Source of the DNA: Patescibacteria group bacterium
GTDB taxonomy: Bacteria > Patescibacteriota > Patescibacteriia > Magasanikbacterales > GWA2-37-8
DNA: 26,422 nucleotides
Direction of reading: 5' to 3'
Assembly: GCA_004321885.1 (NCBI GenBank)
Contig: SCQK01000016.1
Coordinates: 1-26,422 of the forward strand
Shown here: positions 1 to 9,434 of the stretch, piece after piece
Layout: each line of letters opens with the position of its first letter
Numbering within the stretch: position 1 is the stretch's first letter
The notes under the pieces: model-generated
What the model was told of the DNA's origin: nothing
Database searches by the model: none
Seen by the model: only the letters and a program-made list of their open reading frames with translations
Translations under genes and position numbers: made by a program

Positions 1-73
1 GTTGTCGGCACTTGCGAACGGCTAAATCTTTAATTGTAAGGAGCGCCTGCTTAATTCGTATGCGTAAAACCAT
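1..73 (-). CDS. possible 5' end of a gene running off the window (MVLRIRIKQALLTIKDLAVRKCRQ...)
   Basis: ATG at 71-73 on minus strand opens a frame that stays open to position 1; no SD; only 24 codons visible so coding status cannot be judged. Confidence 0.15.
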   Translation of the reverse strand, partial: MVLRIRIKQALLTIKDLAVRKCRQ

Positions 74-119
74 TGCCTGTAAACCAAAAGTTTTTCAACC
101 GAATTAATTTAATCATCCC

Positions 120-851
120 TCATATTACATTGGTAAAAAAATCATCCACGTCATCATTCTCTTCCAAGGCAGCAAATAATTTTTCCAACTTCTGCCCGGT
201 CGCTTCGTCTACTTGCGCTCCGTCTTTCGCCACCCACCGCAACCCTGATTCCGCCGGTTCAATCCCCAACTCTTTAAGCGCGCCCAAAACTTTTTGAAAA
301 TTTTCCACTTTGGTTCTGATTTCCAAAATTTCTTCAGCGTCAACGATATCCTCGGCGCCCGCTTCAATCATTTTTAATTCAAAATCTTCGCGACTACCCC
401 CTCCTATCTCCCTCTTATCAAGGGGGAGGGAAATCACGCCCATCTGCGAAAACATCCAAAGCACACTGCCGGCGCCGGCCATGTTGCCGCCGCCGGCCGA
501 CAAAATTCTTTTCAAATCCGAAACCGTGCGGTTTTTGTTGTCGGTCAACGTTTTAATCAAAATTGCCACACCACCGGGGCCATAACCCTCGTATAACACC
601 TCCTCTATCTGCGCGCCTTCCAGCTCGCCGGCGCCGCGCTTGATGGCGCGCTCAATGTTGTCTTTGGGCATGCCAGCTTCTTTGGCTTTTTCAATGGCCA
701 GGCGCAAAGAAAAATTAGACGACGCGTCTCCGCCGCCGGAACGCGCGGCCACGCTTATGGCCTTGCCTATTTTGGTAAACAAATTTCCGCGCAAAGCGTC
801 TTGCTTGCCCTTGCGCGCCTGTATATTGTGCCACTTGGAATGTCCGCTCAT
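120..851 (-). CDS. yebC: YebC/PmpR family (DUF28/TACO1) transcriptional regulatory protein
   Basis: 243-aa ORF; N-terminus MSGHSKWHNIQARKGKQDALRGNLFTKIGKAI is the family signature start; length typical; one copy of the 38-bp repeat sits in-frame (encodes ...DKREIGGGSRED...). Confidence 0.92.
   Translation of the reverse strand: MSGHSKWHNIQARKGKQDALRGNLFTKIGKAISVAARSGGGDASSNFSLRLAIEKAKEAGMPKDNIERAIKRGAGELEGAQIEEVLYEGYGPGGVAILIKTLTDNKNRTVSDLKRILSAGGGNMAGAGSVLWMFSQMGVISLPLDKREIGGGSREDFELKMIEAGAEDIVDAEEILEIRTKVENFQKVLGALKELGIEPAESGLRWVAKDGAQVDEATGQKLEKLFAALEENDDVDDFFTNVI
393..430 (-). repeat. copy A of 38-bp GGGGGAGG palindromic repeat (reverse orientation), inside yebC
   Basis: ctaccccctcctatctccctcttatcaagggggaggg = reverse complement of the consensus cctcccc-ttgataa-gagggag-atagg-agggggtag. 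Confidence 0.75.
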
Positions 852-888
852 AGTGTCAGTATTCTACTTCAAAAAAAATACAAAAACA

Positions 889-936
889 AGGATAAAAAAT
901 TTGACCCCGTCCGCGATACAATCTGCGAACGGGGTC
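889..936 (-). terminator. intrinsic terminator after the GC-rich two-gene unit
   Basis: hairpin gaccccgtccgc/gcgaacggggtc (903-936) followed on the minus strand by a U-run (plus-strand aaaaaatt 889-900). Confidence 0.5.
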
Positions 937-947
937 TCCCGGGCCTC

Positions 948-1628
948 CTAAATGTTCGGTTTGGGGACGCGCACGATGCGCGCGTCCATCTTTTCCAACT
1001 TTTTTTCTTTCTCGGCGCGCTGCGCCGGGTCAGTGCAGGCCAGTGCCTCCGACGCCAGCCGCGCCCGCTCCGAGGCCAGCGCCTCGGCCAGCACCGCCTG
1101 GGTGATGGCCTGGATGTGCTCGCCAGGCGTGCTGGCGCGCTTGGCCTTTTCGCGGAACGGAGCCGACGGCGACTCGTCGTCAACGCTGAACTCGGCCAGC
1201 GCCGCGTCCGACATCTCTGGCAGCTCAATGGTGCGCGCCGCTCGCGGAGTTGGCTCCGGCAACTCCGCCTTCACCGCCTGGTGCATGCCTGAGGCGCTGC
1301 GAACAGCCTGCATGCAGGCCTCGCCGATGGACGACGCGGTGTTCAGCCTCGGCTTGTTGACAGGCGGTGCCGCGACGCCGGGCGGGAACGGTATTTCCTC
1401 CAGCTTGGTCACCTTGACGGCGGCCAAACCGGCATCCCGCAGGGCCTGCTCCACCTCGCTCACAATGTGCCGTGAGCGACTGCCCAGGATGAGCCATGTC
1501 GGGCGGCGGAGCTTGATCCATTCCACCAAGCGCGGAACATCGACGTCCCGCACCACCACAACCCCGCTTTTGCACTCCTGGCACTCCATGTCGCCGACCT
1601 CACAGCCGACGACCATGAGCTTCTCCAT
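948..1628 (-). CDS. hypothetical protein (GC-rich; N-terminal Cys cluster C-x5-C-x2-C; Ala/Glu-rich low-complexity C-terminal half)
   Basis: 226-aa ORF, about 65% GC versus about 50% for flanks; start overlaps upstream gene stop by 1-2 nt (operon); shares a repeated segment with the upstream 106-aa protein (GVVVVRDVDVPRLVEWIKLRR vs RVVVVIELRTLEQMLERLRS). Confidence 0.55.
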   Translation of the reverse strand: MEKLMVVGCEVGDMECQECKSGVVVVRDVDVPRLVEWIKLRRPTWLILGSRSRHIVSEVEQALRDAGLAAVKVTKLEEIPFPPGVAAPPVNKPRLNTASSIGEACMQAVRSASGMHQAVKAELPEPTPRAARTIELPEMSDAALAEFSVDDESPSAPFREKAKRASTPGEHIQAITQAVLAEALASERARLASEALACTDPAQRAEKEKKLEKMDARIVRVPKPNI

Positions 1629-1629
1629 C

Positions 1630-1950
1630 TCAATTCCTCCCCGTGGCCTTGGCCACGTTGTTCGCGTTATTTGGAACCCTGTCGTCGAGACGCACCTTCA
1701 CGCTCCGGCGCTCCTCCAGCGTCAGGGCAGCGCGCACGTCGTCCACGCTGCAACCGGCGTCGCGTCCGACGATTATCTCGTTAAACGCGAGATACTTGAT
1801 GCTGCGCAACCGCTCCAGCATCTGCTCAAGCGTGCGCAACTCAATCACGACGACAACGCGATTTTCGCGCGAATCGCTGTGGTACTCCACTTCCCTGTCG
1901 TCGCCGACAAAACCGGCGACGAGCAGAATCCTTCTCACGCGGCGCGGCAT
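1630..1950 (-). CDS. hypothetical protein (GC-rich), first gene of a 2-gene unit
   Basis: 106-aa ORF with SD aaggagag 5 nt upstream of ATG and its own promoter; no family recognised. Confidence 0.55.
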   Translation of the reverse strand: MPRRVRRILLVAGFVGDDREVEYHSDSRENRVVVVIELRTLEQMLERLRSIKYLAFNEIIVGRDAGCSVDDVRAALTLEERRSVKVRLDDRVPNNANNVAKATGRN

Positions 1951-2032
1951 CTTCGCTCTCCTTTTTATCGTCAGCGGCCGCCAGAGCCGCTTGTGTATGT
2001 CAAACTTTTGGCTTTACTTTAAGCCAAAACAC

Positions 2033-2060
2033 CTCATATTACTATATATATTTTACAAAG
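2033..2060 (-). promoter_or_regulatory. sigma70-like promoter for the GC-rich unit
   Basis: minus strand reads TTGACT - 17 nt - TAATAT, then about 75-nt leader with hairpins and SD before ATG at 1950. Confidence 0.5.
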
Positions 2061-2061
2061 T

Positions 2062-2121
2062 CAAGAGGGGTGGAGTAACAAAAGTCCTCCCCCTTTTAGG
2101 GGGAGGACAAAGGAGGGGGTA
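2062..2121 (-). terminator. rpoC intrinsic terminator formed by repeat copy B
   Basis: immediately after rpoC stop the minus-strand RNA folds CCUCCCCC-UAAAA-GGGGGAGG followed by ACUUUUGUU. Confidence 0.55.
2085..2121 (+). repeat. copy B of 38-bp GGGGGAGG palindromic repeat
   Basis: tcctccccc-tttta-gggggagg-acaaa-ggagggggta. Confidence 0.85.
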
Positions 2122-2122
2122 T

Positions 2123-5100
2123 TTATGGCTTGTACCCTGTCCCGGCCGGAATCAACCGCCCGATAATCACATTCTCTTTCAATCCTTCCAAATAGTCAAT
2201 CTTGCCGGTAATTGAAGTGTTAATCAAAACCTTGGCGGTTTCCTGAAACGACGCGGCCGACAAAAAGCTCTGGGTGGACAGGGCCACGCGGGAAATACCC
2301 AAAAACATCTCCCGTCCGGCGGCCGGCTTGCTCCCGTCTTTTTTCGCCTGGCGGTTGGAAAAATCCAACTGGGCTTTCTCCACCACTTCGCCGGGCAACA
2401 AATCAGTGTCGCCGGCGTCTTCCACATACACGCGGGAAAACATCTGGCGGATAATCAGCTCCACGTGCTTGTCGTTCACTTTCTGCCCCTGGGAAGAATA
2501 AATATTTTGCACCTCTTCCAATATATACCTCTGCACCGCCTCGCGGCCTTTGAGCTCAAACAACTGATGCAAGTTGATACTGCCGTCGGTCAGGCGCGCG
2601 CCCTTGGCCGCTTTATCGCCGCTTTTCACCATCAACTTATACCCCAAAGGTATGATATAATCGCGCACGTGCGGACCCTCGTAGGTCAGGGTAATCGTGC
2701 TCCGCTCAATTTTTACCGTCCCCGGGTACTTGGCCGCGATTTCCTCGCCCGACGAACCGCGCACCACCAGCACCTCGTCTTTTTTCACGACGGCCCCGTC
2801 TTTCACCAGCACCTCGTCTTCGGCCTTGGACTTTATTTTCATCTCATCCATGCCGGAAAAATGCACGTGCACTATTTTTTGCCCGCGCCGGCCTTCAAAA
2901 ATTTTCTTGCCCGTGGCCGAGGTGATAATCTTGCCGTCGGCTTCCTCAACTTCAATTTCCCCGTCCACTTCGGCCAGCACGGCCTGGCGCTTGGGCGCCC
3001 GCGCTTCAAACAATTCGTCCACGCGCGGCAAACCCTGGGTGATGTCGCTTTCGCTGGCAATGCCGCCGGTGTGAAAGGTTCTCATGGTGAGCTGGGTGCC
3101 GGGCTCGCCGATACTCTGCGCCGCCACAATGCCCACGGCTGTGCCAAATTCCACCGGCTTGTTGTGGCCCAAATCAAATCCGTAGCACTTGCGGCACACG
3201 CCTTTTTGCAAACGGCACTGCAATACACTGCGCACATGCGCCTCTTCAATCTTGGCTTCCTCTATGGCGCGCGCGGCCTTGTCATCTATCATTTCCCCGG
3301 CCTTCACCAGGGTTTTCCGGCCGTCTTTCACATCGGCCAGCACATACCGGCCCCACACGCGGTCCGACAGCTTCTCGCCCATTTCCTTGGACTGGGCCTG
3401 GGTAAAAATTTCCCCGTTCTTGTCGCCGCAGTCTTCTTCCAAAACCAGCACGTCCTGCGACACATCCACCAGACGGCGGGTAAGGTAGCCGGCGTTAGCC
3501 GTGCGCAGAGCCGTATCCGACAAGCCCTTGCGCGTGCCGTGCGAAGAGATAAAAAATTCCAGCACGTCAAAGCCTTCTTTGAAATTTGATTTCACCGGCA
3601 GTTCAATGGTCTCGCCCGAGGGAGACGCCACCAGGCCCTTCATGCCGATGACCTGGCCCAGCTGGCCCCAGGTGCCGCGGGCGCCAGAATCAATCATGGC
3701 ATACACCGGCCCGCCCGCGTCCAGGGCCTCTTGATTCTTGGCCACCACTTTGTTTTTGGTGTCGGCCCAAATTTCCAAAATTTTCACCAGACGCTCGGAT
3801 TGCGTGAGCAGGCCTTCCTGGTACTGCTGTTCCACCCTCTGCACTGCAACATCGGCCTCGCCGATGAGCTGGGGTTTTTCGGAAATACTGGGAAAATCAT
3901 CCATGCCCAAAGAATAGCCCGACTTGGTCACATAGCGATAGCCCATGTTTTTCAGGTTGTCCAAAAAGGCGGCCACTTCTTCGGCCGAGGGCAAAAGCTC
4001 CATGCACAGGCGGATGATGTGGCCCAATTTTTTCACGCCAATGGTCTCATTGAAGAAAGGCAGTTTTTCGGGCACCACCTGGTTAAACAAAATGCGTCCG
4101 ACCGAGGTTTCCACAAGGGCATTTTCTTCGGCGAATTTGGCATTGCCCGCGAATCGCACTTTAATTTTTTCCTGCAAGCCGATGAGGCGCGCTCTGTAGC
4201 CCCAGATGGCCTCTTTTTCCGAGCCGAAAAATTTCTTGGCCTCGGCTTTTTCGTTTTGCAGTCTGGTCAAATAATAACAGCCCAGGGCAATGTCTTGCTT
4301 GGGGGTAATCACCGGCGACCCGGTAGCGGGCTTAAGCAAATTGCGTTCGGCCGCCATCAGATTGTCGGCTTCCCAGCGGGCCTCGGCCGTGAGGGGCAGG
4401 TGCACGGCCATTTGGTCACCGTCAAAGTCCGCGTTAAAAGCCGTGCAAACCAGGGGGTGAAGCTGAATGGCCTTGCCTTCTATCAGCCGCGGATGAAAAG
4501 CCTGGATGCCCAGGCGGTGCAAAGTGGGCGCGCGGTTAAGCAACACGCGCGTTTTTTTGGTAAGCTCTTCCAGAATGTCCCAAACCTCGTCGTTTTCCGC
4601 TTCAATAAAACGCGAGGCGCTGCGGACGTTGTGCGCCAGTTCGCGCTTTATCACCTCGCTCATGATAAACGGCTTGAAGAGTTCCAAAGCCATGCGCTTG
4701 GGCAAACCGCATTCGTCCATATCCAGCTTGGGGCCCACCACGATGACCGAGCGGCCGCTGTAGTCCACGCGCTTGCCGAGCAAATTTTGGCGAAAGCGCC
4801 CCTGCTTGCCTTTCAAAATATCGGCCAAAGAGCGCAGCTGTCTTTTCTGCCCGGTGGAAGCCGTAACGGTTTTGGCATGGCGCGCGTTGTTGTCTATCAG
4901 GGCATCCACCGCTTCCTGTAACATGCGCTTTTCATTGCGGCAAATCACTTCGGGCGCGTCCAATTCCAGCAAACGGCGCAAACGGTTATTCCGGTTTATC
5001 ACGCGGCGATACAAATCATTCAAATCCGAGGTGGCGAAGCGACCGCCGTCAAGCGCCACCATGGGCCGCAAATCCGGCGGCACCACCGGAATATTCTGCA

Positions 5101-5995
5101 TAATCATCCACTCGGGACGAATGGCGTTGGAAGCAAAACTCTTCAGCACTTTTCTGCGGCGGATAATGCGCTCCAATTTTGACCCCTTGGACTTTTGCTG
5201 TTCCTCGGAAAGCTGTTTGATGGTTTCGGCCACGTTGATTCTCTCCAACAAATTGCGCACGGCCTCGGCGCCGATGCTGGCCTCAAAAATATGGCCGTAG
5301 CGCAAAGACAATTCCTGATATTTATTTTCGGAAATAATCCGCATCACCTGCAATTCCTTCAAATCCTTGTCAGCCTGTTGAAAATCCGCGTCCAGGGCCT
5401 CTAATTTGCGTCCGGCCTCTTTTTGAATTTTTTCTAAAACCGAGGCAGCCTGTTTTTTGTCATTGGCCTCGGCCATGGCTTTTTCCGCTTCCTTCTCAAT
5501 CTGCTTTTTCTTGCTTTTGTATTCCTGGCGCAATAAATCCGAGGCCTCTTTTTTCAAACTCTCATCCACGCGCGTAATGATAAAAGAAGCGAAGTAAATT
5601 ACTTTTTCCAGGGCCTGAGCCGACAAATCCAAAACCAAACCGACCTTGGACGGCACCGAGCGCAAAAACCAAATATGCGCCACCGGAGCCGACAATTCAA
5701 TGTGGCCCATGCGCTCGCGGCGCACCGAAGAATGGGTTACTTCCACGCCGCACTTATCGCAGATGATACCCTTGTAGCGAATTTTTTTGTATTTGCCACA
5801 ATAGCATTCCCAGTCTTTGGTGGGGCCGAAAATTTCCTCGGCGAAGAGCCCGCCTTTTTCCGGTTTTTGCGTGCGGTAATTGATGGTCTCGGGCTTGTGC
5901 ACGTCGCCAAACGACCACGAACGGATAACCTCGGGCGAAGCCAGTTTCAAACGAATGGCGTCAAAGTCAGCCAGGTGCAGGTTGTCTCTTTGCAT
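2123..5995 (-). CDS. rpoC: DNA-directed RNA polymerase subunit beta'
   Basis: NADFDGDQMAVHLP catalytic motif and zinc-binding Cys in N-terminus. Conserved N-terminus ADFDAIRLKLASPEVIRSWSFG begins right after the ATG at 5995. The ORF track extends to a TTG at 6064, which would overlap rpoB. Confidence 0.96.
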   Translation of the reverse strand: MQRDNLHLADFDAIRLKLASPEVIRSWSFGDVHKPETINYRTQKPEKGGLFAEEIFGPTKDWECYCGKYKKIRYKGIICDKCGVEVTHSSVRRERMGHIELSAPVAHIWFLRSVPSKVGLVLDLSAQALEKVIYFASFIITRVDESLKKEASDLLRQEYKSKKKQIEKEAEKAMAEANDKKQAASVLEKIQKEAGRKLEALDADFQQADKDLKELQVMRIISENKYQELSLRYGHIFEASIGAEAVRNLLERINVAETIKQLSEEQQKSKGSKLERIIRRRKVLKSFASNAIRPEWMIMQNIPVVPPDLRPMVALDGGRFATSDLNDLYRRVINRNNRLRRLLELDAPEVICRNEKRMLQEAVDALIDNNARHAKTVTASTGQKRQLRSLADILKGKQGRFRQNLLGKRVDYSGRSVIVVGPKLDMDECGLPKRMALELFKPFIMSEVIKRELAHNVRSASRFIEAENDEVWDILEELTKKTRVLLNRAPTLHRLGIQAFHPRLIEGKAIQLHPLVCTAFNADFDGDQMAVHLPLTAEARWEADNLMAAERNLLKPATGSPVITPKQDIALGCYYLTRLQNEKAEAKKFFGSEKEAIWGYRARLIGLQEKIKVRFAGNAKFAEENALVETSVGRILFNQVVPEKLPFFNETIGVKKLGHIIRLCMELLPSAEEVAAFLDNLKNMGYRYVTKSGYSLGMDDFPSISEKPQLIGEADVAVQRVEQQYQEGLLTQSERLVKILEIWADTKNKVVAKNQEALDAGGPVYAMIDSGARGTWGQLGQVIGMKGLVASPSGETIELPVKSNFKEGFDVLEFFISSHGTRKGLSDTALRTANAGYLTRRLVDVSQDVLVLEEDCGDKNGEIFTQAQSKEMGEKLSDRVWGRYVLADVKDGRKTLVKAGEMIDDKAARAIEEAKIEEAHVRSVLQCRLQKGVCRKCYGFDLGHNKPVEFGTAVGIVAAQSIGEPGTQLTMRTFHTGGIASESDITQGLPRVDELFEARAPKRQAVLAEVDGEIEVEEADGKIITSATGKKIFEGRRGQKIVHVHFSGMDEMKIKSKAEDEVLVKDGAVVKKDEVLVVRGSSGEEIAAKYPGTVKIERSTITLTYEGPHVRDYIIPLGYKLMVKSGDKAAKGARLTDGSINLHQLFELKGREAVQRYILEEVQNIYSSQGQKVNDKHVELIIRQMFSRVYVEDAGDTDLLPGEVVEKAQLDFSNRQAKKDGSKPAAGREMFLGISRVALSTQSFLSAASFQETAKVLINTSITGKIDYLEGLKENVIIGRLIPAGTGYKP

Positions 5996-6008
5996 AAAAG
6001 TATTGTCA

Positions 6009-9000
6009 TTATTTATTTTTTTCTTGAGTACTTTCCGCGAGTTCCTGCCTTTGCTTTTCCTCAAACGCCCGCACCTCTTCCACGGGCCGGTAATCGCCAG
6101 ACTCGCTGCGCTTCAGAAGTTCCACATCCAAACCCAGGCCTTTCAGTTCGCGCACCAAAACATTAAACGACTCGGGCAGATTCACGCGGCTGATGGGCTC
6201 GCCCTTAATAATGGCCTCGTAGGCCTTGGAACGGCCGGGCACATCATCGGATTTGATGGTCAAAATTTCCTGCAGGGTATGGGCCGCGCCATAGGCTTCC
6301 AAGGCCCACACTTCCATTTCGCCAAAGCGCTGGCCGCCGAACTGGGCTTTGCCGCCCAGGGGCTGCTGGGTAATCAAACTGTACGGCCCGATGGAGCGCT
6401 GATGGATTTTATCCTCCACCATGTGATTGAGTTTCAGCATATAGCTGTAGCCCACGGTAACTTTGTGGTCAAAGGCCTCGCCGGTGCGGCCGTCATAAAG
6501 AGCAACCTGTCCGCTGGCCGGCAGTCCGGCTTTGGCCAGCTCTTCTTTTATCTGTTCCTCGGAGAGGCCGCTTAGAACCGGCGTCGCTATTTTGTAGCCC
6601 AGGGCATTGGCCGCCAATCCCAAATGATTTTCCAAAAGCTGGCCCAGGTTCATGCGCGAGATAACGCCGAGCGGGGAAAGAATCACGTCAACCGAGGTGC
6701 CGTCTTCCAAAAACGGCATGTCTTCCGCCGGCACCACGCGCGAGATAACGCCCTTGTTGCCGTGGCGTCCGGCCATCTTGTCGCCCACCTGCACCTTGCG
6801 CATGTCAGCCACTTTCACCTGCACCTGCTTTATCACGCCAGGCTGCAATTTATCGCCGTTTTCCGCCGAGAAAATTTTAATGCCGATAACCTTGCCGTGC
6901 TCGCCGTGTTCCAAATACAAAGATGAATCGCGCACATCGCGGGCTTTTTCCCCAAAAATAGCGCGTAAGAGCCGCTCTTCGGCCGAAAGCTCGGTCTCGC
7001 CCTTGGGCGTGATTTTGCCGACCAGTATGTCGCCGGATTTTACCTCGGCGCCCACGCGCACAATGCCCTCGCTGTCCAAATTTTTCAATTTTTCCTCGCT
7101 GACATTGGGAATGTCCGAGGTGACGATTTCCGGGCCCAGCTTGGTCTCGCGCACGTCTATCACATAGTCTTCTATATGAATGGAAGTAAATCTGTCTTCT
7201 TCCACCACGCGCTCGGAAACAATGATGGCGTCTTCGTAGTTGAAGCCGTCCCACACCATATACGCTACCAGCATGTTTTGCCCGAGCGAAAGTTCGCCCT
7301 GGTTGATGCCCGGGCCGTCGGTTATGGCCTGGCCCTTCTTTACCTTGTCTCCCAAATTTACAGTCGGCATCTGATTCACGCAGGTGGAGGCGTTGCTACG
7401 CACGAACTTATTTAAAAAGTGAGTGTGCTTATTGCCTTTTTTGTCGGTGAGCACCACGTGTTTGCCGTCCATTTCCGTAATCTCGCCGTCGGCTTCGGCA
7501 ATCCTCATGTGCCCGCTGTCGTAGGCCGCGCGCGCTTCCACGCCCGTGCCCACCAGGGGCTGTTCGGGTTTGATGCAGGGCACGGCCTGTCTTTGCATGT
7601 TCGTGCCCATCAGGGCGCGGGTGGCATCGTCGTGCTCCAAAAAAGGAATGCAGGCCGTGGCAATGGAAATAATCTGACTGGAAGAAACATCTACATAATC
7701 AACCTCGCTGGTATGGGCAATGCCCGGATTGCCGTGAATGCGGGCCGGGGTCATTTCTTCCGTAAAATATCCGTCCGCGTCCAATTTTACTTTGGCAGAG
7801 GCGGTAATGGCTTTTTCTTCCCGGAAAGCATTAAGATAAACCACTTCGCTGGTCACGCGCGCTTTAAGCGGAACCTTCTTTTCTTTGCTTTTGGCCAGTT
7901 TGCGCGCGATGTCCTCGGTAATTTTTGTGCCGGCTTTTACGCCGCCAAAATCAGCGCCTAAAATTTCCCCCTCGGTGAAGCGCGGGTCGTTTTCCACTTC
8001 GCGCAAAACCTTGCGGTAGGGTGTTTCAATAAAACCAAAGTCATTGACGCGCGCGAAGCTGGAAAGATGATTTACCAGACCGATGTTCGGTCCTTCGGGA
8101 GTGGCAATAGGGCAGATGCGGCCATAGTGGGTGGCGTGCACGTCGCGCACCTCAAAGCCGGCGCGGTCGCGCGAAAGTCCGCCCGGGCCCAGGGCCGACA
8201 CGCGGCGCTTGTGTTCCAATTCGGAGAGCGGATTGGTCTGGTCCATGAACTGCGAAAGCTGGGAACTCATGAAAAATTCGCGGATGGCCGATATCACGGG
8301 CCGCGCGTTGATAAGCTTGTTGGGTGTGAGCTGGTCAAGCTCTTGGGTGCTCATGCGGTCTTTGATAATGCGCTCCATGCGGGTAAGGCCCACGCGGAAA
8401 CGATTTTGCGCCAGCTCGCCCACGGCCCGGATGCGTCGGTTGCCCAGATGGTCAATATCATCAGGCTCTTCCTGGGTCACGTTCAGGCGCACCACTTCTT
8501 TCAAAACCAAGAGTAGCTTTTCCGGCGACAGCACGCGGTTTTCTTTTTTGTCAAAATCATCGGGCCCATAGCCCAAATCAAATTTGGTATTGAATTTGTA
8601 AACACCCACGCGCCCCAAATCATAACGGTCAAAATTGAAAAACATGGCGTAAATCAAACTCTTGGCATTATCGGCCGTGGCCAGGTCGCCCGGCCTGATT
8701 CTTTTATATACCTCAATCAAGCCTTCATCCGCGTTGGCGGCCAAATCCTTTTTTATGGTCGCGTCAACATAATCCACGCTCGGATGATTGTTCACATCTT
8801 TGAAAGCGCTGACCAGTTCCTCGCTCGCGCCCATGCCAAAAGCGCGCAGGAGCGAGGTGGCGGCCACTTTGCGCTTGCGGTCCACTTTTACCCAGACTGC
8901 GTTGTTCATATCGGTTTCAATTTCAATCCAGGCCCCGCGGTTTGGTATGATTTTAGCGCCATAATAGCGGCGGCCGCGGATGTTCTCGGCCGTGAAAAAA

Positions 9001-9434
9001 GCGCCGGCGCTTCTGATGAGTTGGGAAACCACCACGCGCTCAATGCCGTTGACTATAAAAGTGCCGCGCCGGGTCATAAGGGGTACATCGCCCAAATAGA
9101 TTTCCTGGGTTTTGCCGGCGCCGGTGCGCTTGTTGGCCAGGCGCGTGGTTACGCGCAGGGGCGCTTCAAAAGTAATATTGCGTTCGCGGCAGGTTACCTC
9201 ATCAAACTTGGGTTCATCCAGATAATAGTCGTCAAAATACAATTCCAAATCACGGCCCGTGAAGTCCGTAATCGGTGAGAGCTCATCAAACAATTCTTTA
9301 ATGCCGAATTTCAAAAACCAATCATAAGAATTTTTTTGCACCTCTATCAGGTCGGGCAGGGGCATGGCGTCGCGCGTGCGCGTAAAAAAACGGCGCTCCA
9401 ATGTTTTTAGCTGTTGTCGCTTGTAGAGGGACAT
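6009..9434 (-). CDS. rpoB: DNA-directed RNA polymerase subunit beta
   Basis: 1141 aa; conserved beta-subunit blocks (e.g. GGQRFGEMEVWALEAYGAAHTLQE, NMQRQAVP); immediately upstream of rpoC. Confidence 0.96.
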   Translation of the reverse strand: MSLYKRQQLKTLERRFFTRTRDAMPLPDLIEVQKNSYDWFLKFGIKELFDELSPITDFTGRDLELYFDDYYLDEPKFDEVTCRERNITFEAPLRVTTRLANKRTGAGKTQEIYLGDVPLMTRRGTFIVNGIERVVVSQLIRSAGAFFTAENIRGRRYYGAKIIPNRGAWIEIETDMNNAVWVKVDRKRKVAATSLLRAFGMGASEELVSAFKDVNNHPSVDYVDATIKKDLAANADEGLIEVYKRIRPGDLATADNAKSLIYAMFFNFDRYDLGRVGVYKFNTKFDLGYGPDDFDKKENRVLSPEKLLLVLKEVVRLNVTQEEPDDIDHLGNRRIRAVGELAQNRFRVGLTRMERIIKDRMSTQELDQLTPNKLINARPVISAIREFFMSSQLSQFMDQTNPLSELEHKRRVSALGPGGLSRDRAGFEVRDVHATHYGRICPIATPEGPNIGLVNHLSSFARVNDFGFIETPYRKVLREVENDPRFTEGEILGADFGGVKAGTKITEDIARKLAKSKEKKVPLKARVTSEVVYLNAFREEKAITASAKVKLDADGYFTEEMTPARIHGNPGIAHTSEVDYVDVSSSQIISIATACIPFLEHDDATRALMGTNMQRQAVPCIKPEQPLVGTGVEARAAYDSGHMRIAEADGEITEMDGKHVVLTDKKGNKHTHFLNKFVRSNASTCVNQMPTVNLGDKVKKGQAITDGPGINQGELSLGQNMLVAYMVWDGFNYEDAIIVSERVVEEDRFTSIHIEDYVIDVRETKLGPEIVTSDIPNVSEEKLKNLDSEGIVRVGAEVKSGDILVGKITPKGETELSAEERLLRAIFGEKARDVRDSSLYLEHGEHGKVIGIKIFSAENGDKLQPGVIKQVQVKVADMRKVQVGDKMAGRHGNKGVISRVVPAEDMPFLEDGTSVDVILSPLGVISRMNLGQLLENHLGLAANALGYKIATPVLSGLSEEQIKEELAKAGLPASGQVALYDGRTGEAFDHKVTVGYSYMLKLNHMVEDKIHQRSIGPYSLITQQPLGGKAQFGGQRFGEMEVWALEAYGAAHTLQEILTIKSDDVPGRSKAYEAIIKGEPISRVNLPESFNVLVRELKGLGLDVELLKRSESGDYRPVEEVRAFEEKQRQELAESTQEKNK

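Noticed and set aside
73-297. 74-aa plus-strand ORF overlapping yebC 3' end
   Set aside because: It is antisense to yebC with no signals. The separate 15-codon ORF MRKTIACKPKVFQPN at 88-135 is too short and its SD is badly spaced.
801-2022. Plus-strand ORFs 801-1292 and 952-2022, and minus ORF 1225-1584 (Arg/Ala-rich translations)
   Set aside because: High GC suppresses stop codons in all frames. Their Arg/Ala/Ser-rich low-complexity sequence is typical of GC-rich shadow frames. The minus-strand 106/226-aa pair has the SD, promoter and terminator.
6009-6064. rpoC start at TTG 6064 overlapping rpoB by 56 nt
   Set aside because: The conserved beta' N-terminus begins immediately after the ATG at 5995, so the TTG extension adds 23 non-conserved residues. 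It is kept as an alternative only.
2465-6575. Long plus-strand ORFs (2465-3589, 3731-4921, 5880-6575 and others) antisense to rpoC/rpoB
   Set aside because: They are shadow ORFs opposite well-supported essential genes. None has a recognisable domain, and their amino-acid composition is mirror-biased (His/Phe/Gly-rich).
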